Origin: Myxococcales bacterium
Lineage (GTDB): Bacteria > Myxococcota_A > Polyangia > Polyangiales > DASUME01
Reading direction: 5' to 3'
Assembly: GCA_047601445.1 (NCBI GenBank)
Contig: JASGJH010000001.1
Coordinates: 672,001 to 736,000, forward strand
Length of the DNA: 64,000 nucleotides
Positions 55,589 through 64,000 of the stretch are shown here, piece by piece. The position numbers and the translations under genes are program-made. Below the pieces are notes generated by a model. It worked only from the letters and a program-made list of their open reading frames with translations. It was not told the origin of the DNA and searched no databases. How positions within the stretch are numbered: position 1 is the first letter of the stretch; each line of letters opens with the position of its first letter.

Positions 55589-56490
55589 TGCGAGTCCTTC
55601 ACTTCAGTGATGTCCACGTGCAAGAGGCCTTCAGCGCCATGCCCGTGGGGGAGCTGATGGGGAAGCGCCTGCTCGCGGCTGGTAACCTGTTCCTCGTGCG
55701 CGGTCGCCTGTTCAAGGACGTGCCGCAAAAATTGCAGGCCCTCGCCGAGTTCGCCCGCAGCGAGCAACCGGACCTGGTGATCTGCACCGGGGACTACACC
55801 GCGGTGGGCAGCGAGGCCGAGTACGCCGCGGCCCGGCGCGCCATGGAGCCGTTCCTGAAGGCTCCGCTAGGCTTCTGCACCGTCCCGGGCAACCACGATC
55901 TCTACCTGTCCGACACGCTCCGCGAACGACGCTTCGAGCGGCATTTCGGCGATTTGCTGCAGACAGAACTGCCCGAGCTCGCCGTGGACGGGCTGTTTCC
56001 TTACGTGCGCTTCGTGGGCGATCAGCTGGCCGTGGTGGGCATCAACAGCGCCAAGCCGAACCCCAATCCGTTTGCCTCGTCGGGCTACGTGTCGGCCGCC
56101 CAGCTCACGGCGCTCGAGCATATTCTCCGGCATCCGAAGCTCGCCGACCGCTGGACCTTCGTGATCACGCACTACGGGTTCCTCCGCGAAGACGGCACGC
56201 CCGACAAACCCAAGCACGGCCTCGACAACGCGAACGAAGTGCTCCAACTCTGCACGCGTCCGCGCGTCGCGCTGCTGCACGGCCACATTCATCACAACTT
56301 TTCGCACGCGCCTACGGCGGAGCATCCCTGGCTGTTTTGTGCCGGCAGTGCGACCCACAGAGGCAGGGAAGGGCTGTGGATCTACGAGTTCGAGGGCGCT
56401 CGTGTGCGTGCGATCCCGGGCCAATGGGATCGAGATCGCTACAAACTCGAACACTCTCGAAGCGTGATCTTGAGCGCCGAAGGGCCCTGA
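55585..56490 (+). CDS. Calcineurin-like metallophosphoesterase
   Basis: SDVH, TGD, PGNHD, HGHIH; ATGA overlap with argC. Confidence 0.9.
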   Translation: MMRVLHFSDVHVQEAFSAMPVGELMGKRLLAAGNLFLVRGRLFKDVPQKLQALAEFARSEQPDLVICTGDYTAVGSEAEYAAARRAMEPFLKAPLGFCTVPGNHDLYLSDTLRERRFERHFGDLLQTELPELAVDGLFPYVRFVGDQLAVVGINSAKPNPNPFASSGYVSAAQLTALEHILRHPKLADRWTFVITHYGFLREDGTPDKPKHGLDNANEVLQLCTRPRVALLHGHIHHNFSHAPTAEHPWLFCAGSATHRGREGLWIYEFEGARVRAIPGQWDRDRYKLEHSRSVILSAEGP

Positions 56491-56619
56491 TTTGCGCTTT
56501 CGTTGGCCCTCGGTCGAAGTGGGCGTAGCATGTACGTTGTGGTGGTTGATTGTCGGGAAATCGGGACCGGCAAGCAGCTCGCGGGCAGAACTGCTCGCTT
56601 CGACCACGGGAGTGCTTAC

Positions 56620-57132
56620 ATGCGAACTGGCTCCAGGAAACGACGCAGCCTCCGACGCGCAGTAGAGCTCGAATGCGCTCTGCAGAGCGATTTGTGGGAC
56701 GGCATGGTTTCCCTGGCCGCGACGAACGTGTCCAACGAAGGTGTTTGGATCGACACCCCGTACACGCTCGACCCCGGCGAAGAGCTGGTGCTTTCTTTTC
56801 TTCCGCCAGGAGCGCGCCAAGGCGAAGAGGTGTGGGCCGTGGCCGAGGTTGCGAGAGTGGGGATATGGCGCCGCAGGTTGGACCCCTGGCCAGCGGGCAT
56901 GGGCCTCACGTTTCGCTACCTGAGCAACGTTGACCGCCACTTCCTGGCGCGCTCCCTGGTGGGGTATCCGCCGCGGCTTCCGCGCCGCCGTGGGCCGCCT
57001 CCGCTGCCGGGAACGCGCGGCCACTACGGCGGCGACGAGCGGCGCACGCACGCCACGGTGCTGAGCTTGGTCGACGTCACCTTTCTCGACACGCCGATGC
57101 GCGCTTCGAGCGAACGCCTCAAGCTCCTCTGA
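56620..57132 (+). CDS. PilZ-domain protein
   Basis: RRSLRR, NVSNEG, GMGLTF; start uncertain. Confidence 0.75.
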   Translation: MRTGSRKRRSLRRAVELECALQSDLWDGMVSLAATNVSNEGVWIDTPYTLDPGEELVLSFLPPGARQGEEVWAVAEVARVGIWRRRLDPWPAGMGLTFRYLSNVDRHFLARSLVGYPPRLPRRRGPPPLPGTRGHYGGDERRTHATVLSLVDVTFLDTPMRASSERLKLL

Positions 57133-57191
57133 CCAGCGTGCCCTTCCCGGGCACGCCAGCGCCAGTCGCGGCGCCAGCGTCGGTCAGCGAG

Positions 57192-57602
57192 CTAGTTCTC
57201 GCCGTCGCGCAGATAGGCGACCGTGCGCACCAGGGAGACGATGCGCTCGCGCATCTCCGAGTTCAGATCGCGAAAGCTCACGCCCATGCCGGGATTGAGG
57301 TTCTCGTCGAAGGGACGCCATGGGTTGATCCAGGTGACCTCGCCTCTCAGCTCGATGGGCTCCTGGCCGTCCGGCGTGAAGCGCAGGTGCAGCAGGGTCC
57401 CGATCGGCAGTGGCTGATCCGAGCGGATGAAGATGCCCATCTCGCTGATGTTCTGGATGTACGAGAAGAGAAAGGTGTCGCCACTCGAGTAGTCGACCGA
57501 GATCGAGGTCTCATAGCGCTCGTACTGGCGCCGCTCGATCCCGCTCTTGGCCGGCTCGCTCTTTTCGGCTTCCTGGATGCCGTGTTCAGTTTGCGTCTCC
57601 AC
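57192..57602 (-). CDS. Stand-alone Myxococcales-type PilZ protein
   Basis: ERRQYER, NISEMGIFI, PGMGVSF. Confidence 0.9.
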   Translation of the reverse strand: METQTEHGIQEAEKSEPAKSGIERRQYERYETSISVDYSSGDTFLFSYIQNISEMGIFIRSDQPLPIGTLLHLRFTPDGQEPIELRGEVTWINPWRPFDENLNPGMGVSFRDLNSEMRERIVSLVRTVAYLRDGEN

Positions 57603-57620
57603 GCGACCCTCCCATCAGCT

Positions 57621-59982
57621 TCATCGCACTTCGAACTCGCCGGCCCGCAACCGGTCCTGTCCGTCCTGGGGGCCCTCTACGACCTTGAGCCTGGTTTCTC
57701 CCCTGAAGAAGCCAATGTTCAACGTGTAGCGTCCGGGGCGTGAGGTGGCCGGCACGGGGATGTCCTGTCGGTCCACGATCACGTCTCCTTCGTCCCATAG
57801 CCTCACTGGGTACTTCCCGTCTACAGGTTCGTGGTCGCCGTTGATGCGTTGATTCGGTGCGTCAACGTGGAGAAAGATTTTGTACGTCCCCAAATTGCCC
57901 TGGAGGGCGCGCCAAAACCAAGTGACATGAGCCACTTGGCCCGCTCCCACGTAGTCCTTGCCGCCGAGGTCGAGGGTGTAACCGACCAGCTCTATTTTGT
58001 CCTCGAAGCGGGCGTGAACCGGGTGCTGGACGGTCGGCTCGCTGGTGCGCACGAAGCGCGCGATGGGATTGAGATCGTGTTGGCCCTTGATGGGCTGCGA
58101 AACCACCAGCGTAACCCGCGCGTTTTCGGCGCTCGGCACGAACAAATGCCTGTGCGTCTTGCGGCGAAAGGCCACGTCGATGTCGGCCAGCTGATCGCTC
58201 GGGATCGCGGCCCAGCGGCGCTCGCTGCCGGCGCTCAGGTAGTCGATGAGCTCGGGGCGCGTCTTGATCTCGCGGATGTCGCCCTTGGCGTAGTAGTGCG
58301 CTGCACCACTTTCCACCTGGTGCTGCACGAGCGGTTCTCCGGGCGCTGCGAGGCGGTTGTAGGCATCGAAGAGCTTCGCGGGCGAGAACTGCGCGCTGAG
58401 TTCCGGGACGAACGACACACTCGTGTACATAGCGAGGCCCAGTGCGACGGCGAACATTGGCACATGACGCAGCGCAGCGAGACGCGAGCTGTAGTGGAAC
58501 ACCAGTTGTCCGAGCGCGACGCCGAGAGGCAGCGCAAGTGGCAGCACACCCGCGACCTTGCCGATGCGACGGGCGAGGGAGGTCAGGGGCACGCTCGGCA
58601 CGAAGCTGAGCACGCCGAAGAGGAGCAGACCCAAGAGCAGTAGCGCCGCCAGGATCAACCACGCCTTGTGTCCGCGGCTTTGGCGAAACAGGCGCACCGC
58701 GCCGCGATAGGGCGCTCGCAGATCAAGCGCGCTCGAGCGTTCGCTGGCCATGGATGAGAGCGCGAGCGCGAGCGCGAACGCCCCCAGCAGCGCCGACCAG
58801 GCGCGCTTGGGATTGAAGGCGGGCGGAAGCTTGGTGTCGCCCAGTACCAGCCCACCGAGCGGGCTCGCGGGGTAGAGCGCGAAGTCGCGGATGATGAGGC
58901 CCACTAGCAGGAGCGCGATCACCGCCTCCGGCCAGAAGCTACGCGTGCGATCGTCGCGATCGCTCAGCCACAACGCTGCGGCGATGGCAAGCGCAGCTGG
59001 AGCCGGGAACGGCGTGCTGCCGTAGGAGCTCATGAACAGTGTTTGAGCGGCGTAGGCCAGGCTCGCCCACGCGATGCACAGCAGGCGCAGCGGTTGATCT
59101 GCACGCGCATCGAGCCGTAGGAGGGCTCCCAGGGCCACGGGCAGCAAGGCGCTCCAGGGGGCGAAGGAATGGAAGAGTTGCTCGACCACGCGATCGTAGC
59201 TGGGCACGGAACCGTCGTTGGGCGCTCCGCCGAGCCACAGGCTGTACTCGGCTTCCCGCCGAAGCACGGCGCGCACCACCGCGATCGAGACGAACGAGGC
59301 CGCCGCGATGACCAGCCAACGCGCCCGCTGACGGGCGACCGAGTCGTCCACCGGGCCGCGCAGCAGAGACACCAGCGCGACTGCACCCAGCGCGGGCAAG
59401 ACTGTCAACATCACGCCCGTGGAGAAGGCGCCCAGCACGGCACCCAGGAGCGCGAGCGTCAGCCAGGCATAGGGGGCCCATGGCTGCTCGTCGGATACGC
59501 CCTCGCGGGCAGCAGGAAACACGGCGGCTGCCGCTCCCCAGAAGACGAGGGCAGCGGCCAGAAAGCCAGGGCTGCCTCCGAGCAGCAGGCGCGAGTGAAG
59601 CAAGAAGTAGGGCGTGGTACCGAGGATCACCACCGCGTAGAGTGCGCTGCGTGTGCCAGCCAAGCGACGCACACACAGGCCGCATGCGAGCAACAGCGCC
59701 AGACCGGCCAAGGCGATGGGCGCGCGGCCGGCCCACTCACGGACCCCGAAGCTCGAGAACCCGAGGGCCACCAACCGCAGCGCGAGCGTACGAGGCTCGC
59801 TGCTCGGGAGATTGCCAGCTACCAGCTGACGCGCCTTGTCGGCGCTGCCGAGCTCCCATGGATCCCAGAATCCCGAAGTTGGCGAGTCCGAGCAGCGTGG
59901 CACCCATCAACGCGACCAACGCGAGCAAGGCGAGTGGCTGGCCGAACCGAAGAGAGTGCGGGGAGCGAGCGTCCGACGTCAT
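57621..59982 (-). CDS. GT-C (ArnT/GT39-like) polytopic glycosyltransferase with C-terminal beta-sandwich; apparent +1 frameshift at 59868-59872
   Basis: Removing one T joins TM1 to GIWDPWE, followed by EWAGRAP, many TM helices and a soluble C-terminal domain. Confidence 0.75.
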
Positions 59983-60027
59983 GGGTCCGCGACGCGGATA
60001 CCACACCTGGGCCGCCAAAGCAGCGGT

Positions 60028-61566
60028 CTAGAGCTCTTCCTCGCCCAGATCGAGCGGGTCGTCGTGGGATGCGTTGCTGGTGACCGGCGCGGGACGTTCG
60101 ATGGCCACCCGCTCGAGGGCCGAGGTGAACTCGCGAACTTGGCGCTTGAACTCGGGCAAATCCTTGGAGGCCATGGGCAGACCAGGGCCATTCAGCTGGG
60201 TCGCGGGATCCAGGAAATTGCCGGAGCGCTTGAGTGAGAAATGCAGGTGCGGTCCGGTCGAGCGACCGGTGGAGCCGACGTACGCGATCACCTGGCGCTG
60301 CTCGACCTTGCTGCCCTTCTTGAGGCCTGGCGAGAAGCGCGACAGGTGGGCGTAAAACGTCTCGTAACCCTGGGCGTGGGAGATCGCGAGCAGGTTGCCG
60401 TTGGGACCCTTGGGGCCGATGAAGGTGATGGTCCCGGACGCCGCTGCGCGCACCGGGGTTCCACTGCCGGCTGCGTAGTCGATGCCGTTGTGGAGCTTCT
60501 TGCGCTTGAGCACGGGGTGCAGGCGCATGCCGAAGCCCGACGAGATGTGGTCGTAGCGCAGCGGCGTACGCAGCCAGCCTCCGTGCAGAGCGCGGCCCGT
60601 GGCGTCGTAGAAATCGCCGTCCTCACCCTTGGCCGAGTGCCAGAACGCGGTGAGGTGACCGGCCTTGGCGCCGCGAAACTCGATGGCGTGGATGGTCCCG
60701 TAGCGCAGGAACGTGTCCTCGACGTAGTCCTCGTCGAAGATGATCCGGAAGGTGTCACCAGCGCGGGTATCGGTGGAGAAGTTCACCTTGCCCTCGAAGA
60801 CTTCGGCGAACACGCCGGCCAACGAACGACCGAGCTTGAGGCCCTCGAGGGCATCGCCCAGGGAGCCGTCCACGGTGCCACCCTTGGCCACGCGCTCGTG
60901 GCGGATGGGCACCTGGATCTGTCGTCCCTCGAAGCTCCCGCCGTCGGCGCGGCGCGCCTCGTAGCGCTGCGTCAGGCCCGAGCGGTACTCGAAACGCACC
61001 AGACCTCCGCTGCTGTCTCGCTCCATGATCAGCGTGTCGTCCGGTTGCGAGCGCCGGAAATCCATCACGGGCGTGAGACCAGTGATCACCTGGTTGGCCT
61101 CGTCGCGGGACAGACCATTCTTTTCGAGTGCGTCCTTGAACGAGACGGCTTGCCCGAAGCTGCGCTGGCTGCGGCTCGATGCGCGCGGGTCAGCCGGGGG
61201 GAGGTTGGGCTGGGGCGCCTCGGGCTTCGGCGTGGCCGCCAGCACGGCCGCGGGCGCGCTCGGCTCGCTCGGAGAGGCGCTGGGCGCAGAGTCGAGCACG
61301 GGGGCAGTGTCTGCGGGCACCACTCCGGCCTGCTCGCTCGCTTCAGCGTCCAGGCCGTGATCGTCGCTTTCCTGCTCCGAAGGTCCTGAGATGAACGCGA
61401 TGGCCGCCAGCGCCGCGCCGCCCAACAACGCTGCCGCAATCAGCAGCAAGCGCAGCGCGCGCCGGCTCCGAAGGGCGGAGCGCTCTTCGCGCAAGAGCGG
61501 GATATTGATGGAAGGCAGGGGTCGGAGGGGACGCATCGCGTCCTTCGGGGGCTGCTCCGACGTCAT
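60028..61566 (-). CDS. M23 peptidase (MepM-like) with N-terminal TM
   Basis: HNGIDY, YAHLS, GRSTGPHLH; start uncertain. Confidence 0.92.
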   Translation of the reverse strand: MTSEQPPKDAMRPLRPLPSINIPLLREERSALRSRRALRLLLIAAALLGGAALAAIAFISGPSEQESDDHGLDAEASEQAGVVPADTAPVLDSAPSASPSEPSAPAAVLAATPKPEAPQPNLPPADPRASSRSQRSFGQAVSFKDALEKNGLSRDEANQVITGLTPVMDFRRSQPDDTLIMERDSSGGLVRFEYRSGLTQRYEARRADGGSFEGRQIQVPIRHERVAKGGTVDGSLGDALEGLKLGRSLAGVFAEVFEGKVNFSTDTRAGDTFRIIFDEDYVEDTFLRYGTIHAIEFRGAKAGHLTAFWHSAKGEDGDFYDATGRALHGGWLRTPLRYDHISSGFGMRLHPVLKRKKLHNGIDYAAGSGTPVRAAASGTITFIGPKGPNGNLLAISHAQGYETFYAHLSRFSPGLKKGSKVEQRQVIAYVGSTGRSTGPHLHFSLKRSGNFLDPATQLNGPGLPMASKDLPEFKRQVREFTSALERVAIERPAPVTSNASHDDPLDLGEEEL

Positions 61567-61629
61567 GGCGGCGGCTGGCATATCAGGGGGGGGCCCTAAA
61601 AGCAATCCTCTCAAGATCCCCCGTTTGGG

Positions 61630-62595
61630 TCAGGCGTCGAACATCCCGAGCGCCCAACGCAGCGTGTTCCGATCGGTGTTCTGTCCCGTGTGCACGATCA
61701 CGACGCGAGACCCTGCGAGCTCGCCACGGATCTTGCGGGCAGCTGCGTAGGCGGCTGCAGCGGCACCTTCGGCCACGTTGTGCGTGGTCTCCAGGGCTTC
61801 GCGCACCGCTTCACGCATCTCCTCCTCGCTCACCAGCACCACTTGATCGAGCTGGCCGCGCAGGAGTTGGAACGGTAGGTCGTAGGCGAAGCGCGTGGCC
61901 AACCCGCCGGCGAAGGTGTCGGCGTGACCCGTGCTCACGAGCTGGCCGGCCTCGAGCGACTGCGCCAGTGCCGGCGCGCGCTCGGCCTGGACTCCGATGA
62001 TCTTCACGTGGGGCAAGAGCGAACGCAGCGCGATTACAGTGCCCGAAGCGCAACTTCCCGAGCCCATGGGCACGATGATGGCGTCGAGCTCCGGCAGCTT
62101 CTCGGCGACCTCCAGCGCCATCGTTCCCACGCCGGCGATCAGCAAAGGCTCATTGGCAGGGTGCACGTAGCGCAGGTGCTCGCTGTGGGCGCGGGCCTCG
62201 GCCTCCAGCCGCGCGTCATCGAAATCGCGGCCGAACTCCACGATCTCCGCGCCCAGGGCCTGCATCAGGGTGTTCTTCTCGGGGTTGTTCCCGCGCGGCA
62301 CGTAGATGACGCAGCGCGATCCGAACAACCGCGCCGCGTAGGCCAGCGATAGGCCGTGGTTGCCGCGGGTGGCCGCGATGACCCCGTACTTGAGCTCGCG
62401 CTCGCCCAGGTTGGCGAACAGGTTCAGCCCGCCGCGCACCTTGAAGGCGCCGATCGGCAGGTGATTTTCGTGCTTCACGTAGGCATCGAAGCCCAGCCGT
62501 GTGCTCAAAAGAGGATGGCGATACAGCGCCGTCGGGGCGAGGTAACGCTTCAAAACGCTTCGCGCGCTGAGGATGTCGCGCATCGTCACGGTCAT
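61630..62595 (-). CDS. PLP-dependent threonine/serine dehydratase family enzyme (no regulatory domain)
   Basis: KHEN..GAFKVRG, TRGNHG, GSG, EGA. Confidence 0.9.
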   Translation of the reverse strand: MTVTMRDILSARSVLKRYLAPTALYRHPLLSTRLGFDAYVKHENHLPIGAFKVRGGLNLFANLGERELKYGVIAATRGNHGLSLAYAARLFGSRCVIYVPRGNNPEKNTLMQALGAEIVEFGRDFDDARLEAEARAHSEHLRYVHPANEPLLIAGVGTMALEVAEKLPELDAIIVPMGSGSCASGTVIALRSLLPHVKIIGVQAERAPALAQSLEAGQLVSTGHADTFAGGLATRFAYDLPFQLLRGQLDQVVLVSEEEMREAVREALETTHNVAEGAAAAAYAAARKIRGELAGSRVVIVHTGQNTDRNTLRWALGMFDA

Positions 62596-62704
62596 GGGTG
62601 GACGCGAGGATAGCAGCGAAGGCCCGGCTCATTGAGCACTGTTTGGAGGGCGGCGTCGGACCCGCCAAGATGGGGACTTCGCAGGCGAAGTGTGCCGGCC
62701 GTTC

Positions 62705-62733
62705 TTGACACTTCGGCGCACGGGCGCTACTCG
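62705..62733 (+). promoter_or_regulatory. Putative sigma70 promoter for tRNA-Val
   Basis: TTGACA, 17-bp spacer, weak -10 TACTCG, about 60 bp upstream of the tRNA. Confidence 0.5.
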
Positions 62734-62793
62734 TTCGCACGCTTCTGCCCGAGCCGGTCGGCCCTACGCCGATCCGAATTGGACAGCAGCTAC

Positions 62794-62865
<72 letters not shown>

Positions 62866-63080
62866 CTGCGGCGCTCCCAGAGCGCGCGGTGTTCAAGCCT
62901 GATCTCTCGCGTTCTTGCGGGGGTGCAAGCGGAACGCTTGCCAGGTTCTGCCCGTGTTCTAGCCGCATCTGTTCGGGCGGCTAGCGCAAGCGTCAGCTTG
63001 CGGCGGGCGGGCTCCAGGGGTAATCCGGCGAGCGGACACATTGTCGAGAAGGGTGCTCCCTTCCTACCGGAGGTTCTGCC

Positions 63081-63782
63081 ATCAATAAGCCCAACTTCGA
63101 TCCTCGAGCGCGCGTATTTTCCGGTCCACGAGTCAACGAACGCATCCGCGTTCCCGAAGTGCGCGTGATTGGACCCGAGGGCGAGATGCTGGGAATCATG
63201 CAGACGCGTGAGGCCTTCCTCTACGCCCGCGACCGCGAACTCGACCTCGTAGAAGTCAATCCCAAGGCCCATCCCCCGGTTTGCAAGGTGATGGACTTCG
63301 GAAAGTACAAGTACGAGGAAAAGAAGAAGCAGGCTGACGCGCGCAAGCGCCAGACCATCGTCGAACTCAAAGAGATCAAGATCCGTCCCAAGACGGACGA
63401 TCACGACATGGAGTTCAAGCTCAAGCACATCCGTCGTTTCCTCGAAGAGGGCGACAAGGTGAAGATTACCTGTCGCTTCCGCGGTCGCGAGATCACGCAC
63501 CCCGAGACGGCGCAGAAGCAGCTCGACATCATGGCCGAGCGCATCCAGGACATCGGCAGCGTGGAGACCACGGCCCGCATGGAGGGACGCACCATGACCC
63601 TCGTGTTGGCACCCAAGGTGTCCAAGGCCCAGATGATGGCCAAGAAGCGCCAGGAAGAGCAGCGCGCACGTCGTGAGAAGGTGCTTGCTGCCGGCGGCAG
63701 CGAGGCCGAGGCGGCCGCAGCCGAGAACGAGGAAGACGAGGATTGGGAGGACGAGGGGGCCGAGGACAACTCCCTGAACTGA
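63081..63782 (+). CDS. infC: Translation initiation factor IF-3 with AUC start and acidic C-terminal extension
   Basis: VNERIR, LDLVEV, PPVCK.MDFGKYKYE, FRGRE; GGAGG at 63069-63073 then in-frame ATC at 63081. Confidence 0.95.
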   Translation: MNKPNFDPRARVFSGPRVNERIRVPEVRVIGPEGEMLGIMQTREAFLYARDRELDLVEVNPKAHPPVCKVMDFGKYKYEEKKKQADARKRQTIVELKEIKIRPKTDDHDMEFKLKHIRRFLEEGDKVKITCRFRGREITHPETAQKQLDIMAERIQDIGSVETTARMEGRTMTLVLAPKVSKAQMMAKKRQEEQRARREKVLAAGGSEAEAAAAENEEDEDWEDEGAEDNSLN

Positions 63783-63843
63783 GGGACAGACGTCCCGGTT
63801 CGGCGGAACCCCCGGCAACTGCTCACTTCCCGTTCGAGTCAAC

Positions 63844-63872
63844 TTGACAGAAGTCCCCCGGACTTCTACATA
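63844..63872 (+). promoter_or_regulatory. Putative internal sigma70 promoter for rpmI
   Basis: TTGACA, 17-bp spacer, TACATA. Confidence 0.5.
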
Positions 63873-63982
63873 GCGCGACCCGCGTAGCATGGGTGAACGC
63901 CCGTGTACGCCTTGCTCTCCGGCCTCGCCCGTCCGTTCGGCGGCCCCGAGTTTCGGAAAGCAGTTACGACCCAGGATTTGCC

Positions 63983-64000
63983 ATGCCGAAGATGAAGACC
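63983..64000 (+). CDS. rpmI: 50S ribosomal protein L35, 5' start only
   Basis: MPKMKT immediately downstream of infC, after an AGGA RBS. Confidence 0.85.

Noticed and set aside
21690..59872. Programmed ribosomal frameshifting at GATTC
   Set aside because: The motif occurs in three codon phases, with no shared slippery run or stimulatory structure, in unrelated genes; other in-gene GATTC sites are read in frame

Overview
GC-rich, densely coding bacterial chromosome segment, most consistent with Myxococcota (Polyangia-like). Support: a membrane Hanks kinase, Myxococcales-type PilZ proteins, an AgmX/PglI-like lipoprotein, large TPR proteins and an AUC-initiated IF3 like M. xanthus dsg. Content is mostly core genes: tsaC end, cysC, pcm, two RluA-family synthases, a CLC-F-type channel, two acyl-CoA dehydrogenases, a B12 mutase large subunit, purF, pilT, rnhA, bioA, a formyltransferase-PMI-GT2-deacetylase operon, an ABC exporter, a diguanylate cyclase, rpoN-hpf-ptsN-hprK-rapZ-HPr-EI, plsB, rplM-rpsI, argC, a GT-C protein, an M23 peptidase, tRNA-Val(GAC), infC and the start of rpmI. 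I found no mobile element or CRISPR array. The strongest unexplained pattern is that all four frameshifts I could find are the same event, one extra base turning GATC into GATTC on the coding strand. This points to a systematic sequencing error, possibly caused by DNA modification at GATC. Other leads are an Arn-like envelope-modification operon, a degenerate PEP-utilising enzyme, an atypical RNase HII-like protein and a structured rplM leader RNA. All calls come from reading the sequence by eye; no searches were run.
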